Positions 28,801-35,626 of a stretch of 64,000 bases of DNA are shown piece after piece. The DNA lies in the IMG/VR virus record IMGVR_UViG_3300042907_001080, positions 186,001-250,000 of that record; one strand, written 5' to 3'. The translations under genes were made by a program, and so were the position numbers. The notes below the pieces were generated by a model. That model did no database searches, was not told where the DNA came from, and saw only the letters and a list, made by a program, of their open reading frames with translations. How positions within the stretch are numbered: the first letter of the stretch is position 1; every line of letters starts with the position of its first letter.

Positions 28801-30292
28801 GTCCTTCACGTATGTCTCGACCTCGGACAGCTTCAACGGTGTTAGTAGTAACATCTCCTGTGAAGTCTGTGCGCAATCCTGCGGTGTAGATCAAGAATCT
28901 AGGAAGATCTACTACGAAATTTGGCAATGAGCTAAATCCCGAACCTTTGTCTGTAATAGTGATACTGGTAATTGCCCCGCCGGTAACCACAGCGGAACCG
29001 AATGCTCCACTACCACCGCCACCGGTAATTCTTACAGAAACTAAACTGTAACCACTTCCACCATTGCTGATAGATACTGACCCCACTTTGTATCTGATAT
29101 TAAAAGTGGCACCAGTTCCTATTGGACCGATCCCTACAGGCGCAGCACTAGTGATGATTGTGGTCGGCACGGCAGTTGCACCCGGTAGCGCAGTATATGT
29201 GCCAGTAGAGACGACTTTAAAAGTAACAATAGCACCGGGAGTAGTTAGGGTAGTCAATACTTCTATTAAACAAGCCCCACCACCCGAAGGCACAGTTCCT
29301 CCAGAGACTTGTAGTATATCACCGGGATAATAATTTGCACCTACAGTATTAATTACAACAGTGTCCACACTCATACGTATGGTGCCAGCAAATCCTATGC
29401 CAGATGTAGGGGATTCTTCAATGGCAGTCAACGAACATTCGGTAGCTCCGTTATTAAAGGTCAGTGTTTTTTCATAAGGCCCAATAATAGCTCGTGATTC
29501 TAAAACCAATTGTTCTGCACGTTTGAGAGCAGCTTCGAGAGTTCTATAAGCATACGCTAGAGCACGACCTTGCAGTTCTTGCGACACACCCGGGCGATCG
29601 TCTTCACCGCTGAGCGCCACATACAAATTCACACTGCTACCAAATGCCGAACTATCAACATACTGTTTTGTAGCTGCGATCAATCCGCCGTAATTTGTGT
29701 CGTCATCTGGTTCTGGACTTCTAGAAAGTATCAGCGGTCCGCTCATACGTCCAAAGCTGGTATCCGTAAGACCTGTAGCAGGATCTATGGCATTGACTCC
29801 GAATCTAGATATTTTAGAATCTGCATAATTCTTATTAACTAATTCGTGACTGTAAATTGGTGCCAACGGGCTAATTGTTGTTCCGGCATCAATTATACGA
29901 TATTGATTACCGCCAGAGCGCATGGACAAATCGCCGCCTAGTTGTGGTGTTGTATCAGCAGCTATTTCGGCAAAATCTGCATTAATTGCAATTTGATTGG
30001 GGTTAGTGGTAAAATCAATGCTGATACCACTGCCTGCAACAAGTTTTTTAAATTGCAGTCCTGACTCTGTGTTATTCACAGTGACTACAGGAGTATTGCC
30101 AGTAACAACATCGTTCTGACCCACGTAGGTAGATGGAGTGTCTTCTAGGCCTGTGAATTGTAATCTTTCGCCGAGCCCTAGTGAGCTGTAAAGTTCTCTA
30201 AAGTTGTCATTAACTTTACGGAATGAATCTCTTATACTGTCGCCGGTGCCGTCGTTGCCAACGGTACCGATATCAATAGTCTTTCTTGCCAT
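22835..30292 (-). CDS. giant virion structural protein (2485 aa) with C-terminal peptidase-G2/IMC autocleavage-like domain
   Basis: N-terminal IDIGTVGNDGTGDSIRDSFRKVNDNF; C-terminal ADLAEYY..GTVLVFGG.KEVT..VAGVVS..VALQGRVPCKV. Confidence 0.82.
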   Translation of the reverse strand: MARKTIDIGTVGNDGTGDSIRDSFRKVNDNFRELYSSLGLGERLQFTGLEDTPSTYVGQNDVVTGNTPVVTVNNTESGLQFKKLVAGSGISIDFTTNPNQIAINADFAEIAADTTPQLGGDLSMRSGGNQYRIIDAGTTISPLAPIYSHELVNKNYADSKISRFGVNAIDPATGLTDTSFGRMSGPLILSRSPEPDDDTNYGGLIAATKQYVDSSAFGSSVNLYVALSGEDDRPGVSQELQGRALAYAYRTLEAALKRAEQLVLESRAIIGPYEKTLTFNNGATECSLTAIEESPTSGIGFAGTIRMSVDTVVINTVGANYYPGDILQVSGGTVPSGGGACLIEVLTTLTTPGAIVTFKVVSTGTYTALPGATAVPTTIITSAAPVGIGPIGTGATFNIRYKVGSVSISNGGSGYSLVSVRITGGGGSGAFGSAVVTGGAITSITITDKGSGFSSLPNFVVDLPRFLIYTAGLRTDFTGDVTTNTVEAVRGRDIREGLFLRGKTSNALAQIVAHSGQLESGGNEIFDVDILSGNFQIGESITYGDIARNIQISVLVESGEYFENYPLKVPANVSVVGDEFRRVIFRPRPGTSASPWAFNKFRRDPVIDGLDVVTQAYGYHYLQNSTQPVYPKIQNKGGYEAAADLIRLNRQFLQEEIVATIEFRKINNVIPFVSTFNYDKPFYKTSIGILVDDLTFDLDYGEYNRTISAALKYYQSEIGNTVITTQLSEYLAVIDLFEELVQDIITNTAVTSPKQNLFLQTIDPAFQSEVGADGVITDLITAFKDVIDGSGSVNYPKDNEEMDVFLANDTVRWQAISAIGHGGFMGVLDPTGQILSRSPYFQECASFSRSKDRQVFAGGMFTDGFAGNLEFNIDVVVTPTRLQVSDLDRFPQLPASFIVADSVYRINYVRDFVYDKDGSTATFVLDETTPWPFSVFTYNSAACSRDTGLILDGLGRDIVLGTNYWTRQNGLTYRLSQSAVVLTDQRRITLEAIEFVHDSVNDLITAYPTIQETVDQSNTVIADTIERGIVAAPALSFTLPVGLSANVTNAYALLLANRDYEIAELIAYIDAQIAGNLSGFTTATVYVASEVEYQIRQAVDAVIHDLIYGGNVATRTRGLKFYNNLTGAVITDSSLTQAQSATWHAYLNYLLGQIVQDLAPAVSYSAVTRTSGTPASATEAATINTLMTRMSSIIGAANFTAAQAVVAITEPSFVGYTANNIAVRTIIQTNKAALQASAVSYVDFNGNRYELLMPGNRSMLCNDFTQINDLGYGIVVANGGLTEAVSMFTYYCHIAYYSLTGGQIRSVGGSNAHGNYALVAEGADPLEVPTPTTVYEDLNQRVDCYFPSGAYANVAGGLSIFVYNYDYTPLSGSELEVLHGTEIYRYPVTSVTTTDLPVGVARLNLSTGIGSASEGLFAVVANNTKMTMRQLSNTLLTGSLEDVAVRPSTGLKLRETLSNVYRVLSFTNTADSNGPYEILVNPATPTIFRVALTITDIVSNVCTTSGNHKLRIGDRIIPTSTANNFVSGITYYIITQPTYNTFTVSTTPGGGTFTLTNGSGLSIKAVKTHKLLEAYTITFTTTGTLPAPLLVGETYYVLPNNLTETQFSISTQKNGAAVSITTAGSGIHRYNIVGLTLTQTRENYNYIDITVFQPGEFISSTPTGTTCTISIANPAVVTLVGHGFSAGDVVKFTTTGALPTGISIQNRYFVVSTGNPDTFQITDVPGDPAIETSGTQSGVHKVGLVTGRAGDNAFAVIAISTTEISRLSAAKFVYLGEEYVISSYQGPGVTGTVFGRITLNRPLVNAINNLSTSYTIKAAVAVRTSGSLGTLTIRIALTRVTGHDLLEIGTGSYADTNYPKEIYGGSVNPIDDSKETEERDVGRVFYVTTDQFGNFSVGPYFRVDQGTGQVTFSSSIALSNLDGIGFKRGVPVSEFSTDSGFTDNATDTVPTENATRKYIDRRLGISHEGAAVAPAEVIPLGTGGFMSLDGQLGMQANMNLNFNKISNVADPTDPQDAVNLQSLTFTNLQNYAGSNVQAGQVMVFTGVGDIFVNASVTGDLTFDLRTGIDSTLNNIDVQLSAGAVNNAEVNAAAAIEQSKLAMTIATAQAAAPTGSAAVIQAASGLSSFSNADFDVTDGHVTIKANSIQLGDLAQLAPDTLIGNSSVSTANAAAVAFADVVNDGLAIKKSQYSALGFLRRTGATATSDGSYSIVAGSSGSSSSVGASEIIVRDVNGDFGGRTVDVSNIKIDTQLAVDSATTATGGYLRYYGYNSAGGILISEGSLAADDKTSYWNDSHEFKTQNGVSNAPITAVGAITSSSTITCTGIQAQTLTTGGNVVAGTIIGNWSLNPGSRMQATYAADLAEYYEGDREYEVGTVLVFGGDKEVTTGNIKGDTRVAGVVSNNAAFVMYDACPGLKNLVALQGRVPCKVVGKISKGDILITSGIPGVAVAATSDVKVGTVVGKALVAYDSDHIGSIEIAVGRT

Positions 30293-30324
30293 GGTTAGAA
30301 TCCTAGATTGAGCAAATGCTCTAA

Positions 30325-30360
30325 TATTTAGCCCAAAGTTTTATAAGCCGGATGTAAATA
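30325..30360. promoter_or_regulatory. divergent pair of TAAATA late-type promoter motifs
   Basis: TAAATA on minus strand (30325-30330) before the structural operon and on plus strand (30355-30360) 4 nt before ATG 30365. Confidence 0.65.
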
Positions 30361-30364
30361 CTAG

Positions 30365-30652
30365 ATGTTTCTCACAATCAAAACTCAGCAAAATCAATAC
30401 TCTAGACTCAGTAAACACGGAGTCGAACATCAATATAAGAGAAAAAAGACCGTAGCAGTATTGAGATGTGACGCCTGTGATTCAATATTTGAAAGAGATC
30501 TCAAACATATAGATAAGAAACGCCTCAGCAACAATTTCTTTCATTGTTGCGGGTCTTGTGATGCCAAAAGATTTGCTCAACGCAAGGGGATTGAGCAGAA
30601 GCAGATATGGAACATGCCTGCTAGTTTAGACTTACCTGTGTCTAAATTCTAA
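30365..30652 (+). CDS. hypothetical protein with putative Zn-binding cysteines
   Basis: CDAC ... CCGSC. Confidence 0.65.
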   Translation: MFLTIKTQQNQYSRLSKHGVEHQYKRKKTVAVLRCDACDSIFERDLKHIDKKRLSNNFFHCCGSCDAKRFAQRKGIEQKQIWNMPASLDLPVSKF

Positions 30653-30968
30653 ATGATTCGCCGCAGCCGCAGCGATCTCGCTCATTGGGATTGATAAAAT
30701 CAAAGCCTTCATTGAGTCCATTGCGGACCCAATCCATGGTCAACCCGTTTAAATAGGCTAGACTTTTGGCATCAACCAGCACAACAAACCCGTCGTGTGC
30801 AAAATTAGTTACTCCTACTTCAGATTCGTAACTGTCCACGTATTCTAACACATAGGCTAGCCCACTGCACCCTGTGGTTCTAACACCTATGCGAATGCCT
30901 ACACCTTTACCTCGGCGTTCTAAATTCTGTTTAATCTTTTTAGCCGCTGTGTCGGTTACGGTAATCAT
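30642..30968 (-). CDS. iscA: Fe-S cluster assembly A-type carrier IscA
   Basis: GVRTTGCSGLAY, F.NPN..RCGCGESF. Confidence 0.95.
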   Translation of the reverse strand: MITVTDTAAKKIKQNLERRGKGVGIRIGVRTTGCSGLAYVLEYVDSYESEVGVTNFAHDGFVVLVDAKSLAYLNGLTMDWVRNGLNEGFDFINPNERDRCGCGESFRI

Positions 30969-31326
30969 CTACGGCCGCCTTGATAGCATCTTCTGCAAGG
31001 ATACTACAATGTATCTTTACTGGTGGTAGAGCTAGTTCTTCTGCTATTTCTTTGTTTTTGATTGTTCCGGCTTGGTCGAGGGTTTTGCCTTTGAGCCACT
31101 CTGTGACAAGGCTCGAACTCGCGATAGCCGATCCGCAGCCATACGTTTTAAATTTTGCATCTGTAATAATACCTGTATCATGATCTACCTTTATTTGTAG
31201 TTTCATTACGTCACCGCAAGCAGGAGCACCGACCATACCAGTGCCCACTGTGGGATCATCTTTGGCAAATGATCCTACATTACGTGGGTTTTCGTAATGA
31301 TCAATTACTTTGTCCGAGTACGCCAT
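30940..31326 (-). CDS. iscU: Fe-S cluster scaffold IscU
   Basis: MAYSDKVIDHYENPRNVG, GAPACGDVM, YGCGSAIASSS, LPPVKIHCS. Confidence 0.97.
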   Translation of the reverse strand: MAYSDKVIDHYENPRNVGSFAKDDPTVGTGMVGAPACGDVMKLQIKVDHDTGIITDAKFKTYGCGSAIASSSLVTEWLKGKTLDQAGTIKNKEIAEELALPPVKIHCSILAEDAIKAAVDDYRNRHSG

Positions 31327-31858
31327 TGATTATTCTCCAGTTTATTATCTTCCATATATTAGACAAATAGCTTTTTTTATCTGCCTGATAGTCCAATGCC
31401 CATGCATGTTCCCACCAATCTACTAATAGCACAATGTCGTTCTTGATTTCGTGATTCACAATGGTTTTGATCTTGCCATCCCGAGCCAAGTATACCCATC
31501 CGCTGCCCTGTATCTTCATGGCTGTTTTTTCAAATTCTTCTTTGAACCGGTCAAAAGTATCAAAGTGTTTTTCTATAAACTGTAAAATAGCATCATAGGG
31601 TCTATTAGATCCTTCTGGTTTTTGTAGTTGACCAAAATAGATACTGTGTAAAAATGCGCCAGCTTCGTTGAAATCGTCATCACCTTCGCCCTTGTTGTAG
31701 CGATCAACATAGGCTTTGTATAATGTTCCGTAGTGATAATCTATGGTTTCTTTGGATTTCACGGGATCGAGATCTTCGCGATCGTATGGCAGTGTCAACT
31801 GTATGAGTTTGTCTTTTTTGCCTTCAACAATGAACTTTTGAATGAAATTGTATGCCAT
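31301..31858 (-). CDS. Fe/Mn superoxide dismutase (compact, divergent)
   Basis: LPY...L.P, YHYG, FLHSIYF, GSGWVYL, DWWEHAW..DY; start revised to MAYNF. Confidence 0.88.
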   Translation of the reverse strand: MAYNFIQKFIVEGKKDKLIQLTLPYDREDLDPVKSKETIDYHYGTLYKAYVDRYNKGEGDDDFNEAGAFLHSIYFGQLQKPEGSNRPYDAILQFIEKHFDTFDRFKEEFEKTAMKIQGSGWVYLARDGKIKTIVNHEIKNDIVLLVDWWEHAWALDYQADKKSYLSNIWKIINWRIINGVLGQSN

Positions 31859-31863
31859 ACATG

Positions 31864-31880
31864 TATTTACCGCATAAATA
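31864..31880. promoter_or_regulatory. divergent TAAATA late-type promoter pair
   Basis: Minus-strand TAAATA 5 nt before the SOD ATG; plus-strand ATAAATA before the SD and ATG at 31901. Confidence 0.62.
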
Positions 31881-31900
31881 ACCGACAAGGAGATTTTAAT

Positions 31901-32140
31901 ATGCTAGGATTAATCAAGAAACTTTTTGGCAGTAAGCCAGCCGAACCTGTTGCAGTTCCCTACAAGGTAGAAACTCCACCAGTCGAAGTCGCACAACCTT
32001 CAGTCGAGCCAACAGCAGCAGAAGTTTCTGCTGAAAACAAAGCAGTGGCAGTGGCAAAAGCCAAACGAGCACCAGCGAAAAAAGCGCCTATTAAGAAAGT
32101 AGCAGCGCCGAAGACTCCGCGAAAGCCAAAGGCTCCGTAA
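31901..32140 (+). CDS. small protein with Ala/Lys/Pro-rich histone-H1-like tail
   Basis: AAGGAG SD; MLGLIKKLFG amphipathic N-terminus; KRAPAKKAPIKKVAAPKTPRKPKAP. Confidence 0.72.
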   Translation: MLGLIKKLFGSKPAEPVAVPYKVETPPVEVAQPSVEPTAAEVSAENKAVAVAKAKRAPAKKAPIKKVAAPKTPRKPKAP

Positions 32141-33161
32141 CTTTTTTATCCTGCTCGTAAAGGGCAAATGAGGCTAAATTCTTGGCCTTGCTTTCACACA
32201 TGATGTCTGCCCACGGCCTATGTGTCAACGCCCACTCATTGACCGCGGTATTCCAATAAAAGCCACTGTGTGCTCTTAGTTTGGCTTTTTTGTAACCTGC
32301 TTCTAGGAGGGACGGAAGATCGGGGCGGATGTGTCTGGGATGGTCAATAAGACAGTCTTCCCGTGAAACACTATAATGTATGACAGGGCGCACACCACGC
32401 CAGCTATCGATAACCCTTTTAACACGATCATCATTTGCTTCAATGTATTCTCCAGTTTTAATCCAGTGATGATGAATGTCTAGCACCAAGGCACAGTCTT
32501 TGACCAATTCAATGCTAGATTCAATACCCCAGGTCATTTCGTCATTTTCAATGGTAAGGCAGTTGCGAGCCTCGGGTGTCATTTTGCTAAGAGCGTCACG
32601 AATACCTTGTGGTCCCAGCTTGCCGGAGATATGCACATTGATCTTGAAGTCTTGGAATGTTTGACCATATCCCATCCATCGAGCCATGTCCACATGATAC
32701 TCGAACTCTTCTATACTGCGTTCTACTATGCCCGGGTTAATAGACGCCAACACGCAAAACTGGCCAGGATGAAAGCTGAGCCTAACATTATTCTTCCTAG
32801 CCACATCACCCACACGGGCAAATCCTCTTTCTGCAAAGGCTCTAACATCGGGCTGCCGCCAAAACCACTTCCAACTAGGCTCAGTGTATACAGGAAGTAT
32901 ATCACTTGAGAGTCGTACCATTCTAAGATCTTCATCTAATGTTCCTACCCTGCTGACTAATTTATAGCAGGCTTCTATGTTTCGTTCCATTAACTCCCAA
33001 AGACGCTGTTCTGCTTCTTGAGGATGTTCACGCAACCACCTAACTGTGGTAGAGCCTGTATTTAAGTCACGATCAACAGCATTGATTTTCATGCCGTTGA
33101 CTTCGGAAGGATCGTTGATCCATTTGCAGGCAAAGCCTAGACGTCTGAGTGTAGTGTTCAT
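32091..33161 (-). CDS. uvsE: UV-damage endonuclease UvsE/UVDE
   Basis: RLGFACK, RLSSDILP, RLSFHPGQFCVL, INVH, LTIENDE, LVLDIHHH, IMCESKAKN. Confidence 0.93.
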   Translation of the reverse strand: MNTTLRRLGFACKWINDPSEVNGMKINAVDRDLNTGSTTVRWLREHPQEAEQRLWELMERNIEACYKLVSRVGTLDEDLRMVRLSSDILPVYTEPSWKWFWRQPDVRAFAERGFARVGDVARKNNVRLSFHPGQFCVLASINPGIVERSIEEFEYHVDMARWMGYGQTFQDFKINVHISGKLGPQGIRDALSKMTPEARNCLTIENDEMTWGIESSIELVKDCALVLDIHHHWIKTGEYIEANDDRVKRVIDSWRGVRPVIHYSVSREDCLIDHPRHIRPDLPSLLEAGYKKAKLRAHSGFYWNTAVNEWALTHRPWADIMCESKAKNLASFALYEQDKKVTEPLAFAESSALLLS

Positions 33162-33167
33162 ACTATA

Positions 33168-33196
33168 AGTATAACATCATCACTGCCAGTTGTCAA
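33168..33196 (-). promoter_or_regulatory. sigma70-type promoter, probably giving leaderless uvsE mRNA
   Basis: TTGACA-17nt-TATACT, ending 6 nt before the ATG. Confidence 0.8.
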
Positions 33197-33986
33197 CTAC
33201 AAATTTGTCCTGAACATCCTGTGGATTTGGTTCTCCGTGAAACACAGCTATACTACAATCTGGAGGAGGTCGCACATCGTGTTTCACTGTTTTGAATCGC
33301 CGTCCGCCATGTGCAACAGTGAGTTCATCTCTGCTGCGTATTTCCCATTTGTAACTCATAATCCATTCTTTGGGCCAAAATATCATTCTATCTTTGGCTA
33401 TCTTCCAAATCCAATCTTGATCTCCTTGCAGCCGTTGTGCCTCCGACGGTTTCGATTTGAATTGATCGTATATATGACCTTGTGTGCCGTGTGTCCATGC
33501 CAACACCGAACTGTTGAGATAATTCCAACTGGGGAAAAATTTTCTATTGAAATCATGGATACCTATAAAACTGGTAGGATGATATCCAGTGAGCTTATTC
33601 ATGTTGGCATGTATGACTACATCTAGATCCAGATATAATATTCTTCCCCTGAGAGGTAATGCAGAATCAAACATGTGAACCTTGTGCCACCAACCTCTAG
33701 CATAATTGGCGTTGGGTTGATATATTTTACGAACTCCGGCAATATCATGTTGATCGTCGGTGAGACAGGCAAACTCATAAGGCACTGTGAGATGTCTAGA
33801 CACCATATTACGTAGACGCTCTACATATTCACGACCATATTTGTTACCGAATCTCACACACAGCACAGTGATAGGTTCGTTGAGATCCGAAGGCACTACA
33901 AGATCGGGATATTCTCCACGTGCTGCCATTTTGGCAGCTCGCTTTTCAGCCTTGGCTTGTATGCGTTGTTCTTTTGACAATTCCAT
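33180..33986 (-). CDS. glycosyltransferase (GT-A/GT8-like)
   Basis: GNKYG..YV..L..MV.RHL, WW.K..MF, LYLDLDVVI (DxD), NSSVL.W, GDQDWI, VFHGEPNP. Confidence 0.8.
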   Translation of the reverse strand: MELSKEQRIQAKAEKRAAKMAARGEYPDLVVPSDLNEPITVLCVRFGNKYGREYVERLRNMVSRHLTVPYEFACLTDDQHDIAGVRKIYQPNANYARGWWHKVHMFDSALPLRGRILYLDLDVVIHANMNKLTGYHPTSFIGIHDFNRKFFPSWNYLNSSVLAWTHGTQGHIYDQFKSKPSEAQRLQGDQDWIWKIAKDRMIFWPKEWIMSYKWEIRSRDELTVAHGGRRFKTVKHDVRPPPDCSIAVFHGEPNPQDVQDKFVVDNWQ

Positions 33987-34791
33987 CTATGGCTACCAAG
34001 TCTTTTAAAATATCACCCAGGTCGTCTAGTTTGATCATATTTGGACCATCGCTAGGAGCACTATCAGGATCTTCGTGACATTCCATAAAGACAGCTGCCA
34101 CTGAACCTGTGGCTATAGCAGCTCTCGCCAGGTATGGGACCATGGTCCTATCTCCGCCAGATCTTTCTCCCATTCCTCCAGGCTGTTGAACAGAATGTGT
34201 GGCATCAAAGACCACTGGATAGCCAGTGCTTGCCATAATAGGTAGGCTGCGCATATCAACCACAAGATTATTGTATCCATGAGTGTATCCTCTTTCGCAT
34301 AACATAATGCGTTCGTTTCCAGTTGAAGCAATCTTTGATGCGACGTTTTTCATATCGTGGGGAGCAAGAAATTGTCCCTTCTTGACATTTATAGCACAGC
34401 CTGTAGCACCCGCGGCCAACAATAAGTCAGTTTGTCTACATAAAAATGCTGGAATCTGTAGTATGTCAATGCCAGCATCTGCACATTCCTTTGCCTGCCA
34501 GCTTTCATGAATGTCTGTCAAAACAGGCACTCCGAACGTATGTTTAATCGCATTAAGAACATCAAGTCCTTCTTTGATTCCTACACCACGTTTGGTAGAA
34601 ATACTAGAACGATTGGCTTTGTCAAAACTGCTTTTGTATATCAAAGGAATACCTAATAATGCTGTGATAGCAATTAATCTTGCACAAGTATCTTCTGCAT
34701 GATCTTGACTTTCAATTTGGCAAGGTCCAGCAATTAATACGAACGGAAGATTGTTACTAACAGAGAGAGAATTAATATTAAATGTATGCAT
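33946..34791 (-). CDS. kdsA: 3-deoxy-D-manno-octulosonate 8-phosphate synthase (metal-dependent type)
   Basis: AGPCQIES, KSSFDKANRSS, QIPAFLCRQTDLL, NVKKGQFLAP, FDATHSVQQPG, PSDGP. Confidence 0.96.
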   Translation of the reverse strand: MHTFNINSLSVSNNLPFVLIAGPCQIESQDHAEDTCARLIAITALLGIPLIYKSSFDKANRSSISTKRGVGIKEGLDVLNAIKHTFGVPVLTDIHESWQAKECADAGIDILQIPAFLCRQTDLLLAAGATGCAINVKKGQFLAPHDMKNVASKIASTGNERIMLCERGYTHGYNNLVVDMRSLPIMASTGYPVVFDATHSVQQPGGMGERSGGDRTMVPYLARAAIATGSVAAVFMECHEDPDSAPSDGPNMIKLDDLGDILKDLVAIDGIVKRTTHTSQG

Positions 34792-34799
34792 ATAATTAT

Positions 34800-34991
34800 T
34801 TACCAATGCCTAATGGTGTTGGCAACAATAAAGCAACAGGTTATAACGTGAATGACTACCCAAAAAGTTTTTAAGAATAAAACAATTCGAGCTTCACGTA
34901 GAGTGAGGATAGGCACATCTGGCCTATCCTCATCAGTTTGTCCCATTCTGTGCCCGGTTGCCCGAGCCCATATTTTTTCAAAACTATTCAT
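34800..34991 (-). CDS. small membrane protein
   Basis: 63 aa with hydrophobic C-terminal helix; ATGA-coupled to queD. Confidence 0.68.
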   Translation of the reverse strand: MNSFEKIWARATGHRMGQTDEDRPDVPILTLREARIVLFLKTFWVVIHVITCCFIVANTIRHW

Positions 34992-35515
34992 CCTTCGTAT
35001 ATTGCAGAATTACCTGCGTGTTCGAATACTTCGGCAGATTTTAGTTTAACGCCTACGCCAACAGGATAACGTGCTTCAAAAACACGACCATCAGGATGTG
35101 TCCAGCCACGGCCTTCTTGATAAGCAGTTAGAATTTCGTTCATAGTCTTGTAAACTAGTTCGGCAAACATTTCACAGCCTACACCATCTACAATACGTAG
35201 ATCGATGATGCCCATGTTTTTAAAACCACCTTGGATTTTGTTTAATTCTACAAATGTGCCACGTTCTGGATCGTCTTTGCCAATAACTAGTGTATGATCA
35301 AATTGCCATTCACTCCATTCTTTGAATGCTTTGAGTCCACCAAAGTCCATGACCCAGTTGCGATCATCTAAGGTTTCTGATTCAAAGATTAGTTTAATGC
35401 CAATGGAGTAACCATGTAGCATAGAACAATGTGAGTGCGTTGAACGCCATTGTCTAAAACAGCATGACAGCCCTCTGTCGTTGCCGTAAGTTTTTGTTGA
35501 AAGATATTTTGCCAT
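34988..35515 (-). CDS. queD: 6-carboxytetrahydropterin synthase / PTPS
   Basis: SHCSMLHGY, NWVMDFGGLK, FDH, GCEMFA, VFEH..NSA.Y. Confidence 0.88.
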   Translation of the reverse strand: MAKYLSTKTYGNDRGLSCCFRQWRSTHSHCSMLHGYSIGIKLIFESETLDDRNWVMDFGGLKAFKEWSEWQFDHTLVIGKDDPERGTFVELNKIQGGFKNMGIIDLRIVDGVGCEMFAELVYKTMNEILTAYQEGRGWTHPDGRVFEARYPVGVGVKLKSAEVFEHAGNSAIYEG

Positions 35516-35538
35516 CTCTAGTCTCCTTTATATAGGTA

Positions 35539-35592
35539 GCAAGTTTGATGACTGCAGAGTGTTTATAGAGGGATGATGCCATAGAGTCCTCT
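35539..35592 (-). promoter_or_regulatory. preQ1-I-like riboswitch aptamer variant in the queD 5' UTR
   Basis: Minus strand AGAGG-ACTCTATGGCATCATC-CCTCT-ATAAA-CACTCTGCAGTCATCAAACTTGC upstream of an AAGGAG SD; P1 stem and ATAAA match the Bacillus queC preQ1-I pattern. Confidence 0.68.
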
Positions 35593-35626
35593 TTGTGTGT
35601 ATTGTAATATTATATTACATTTCTAT

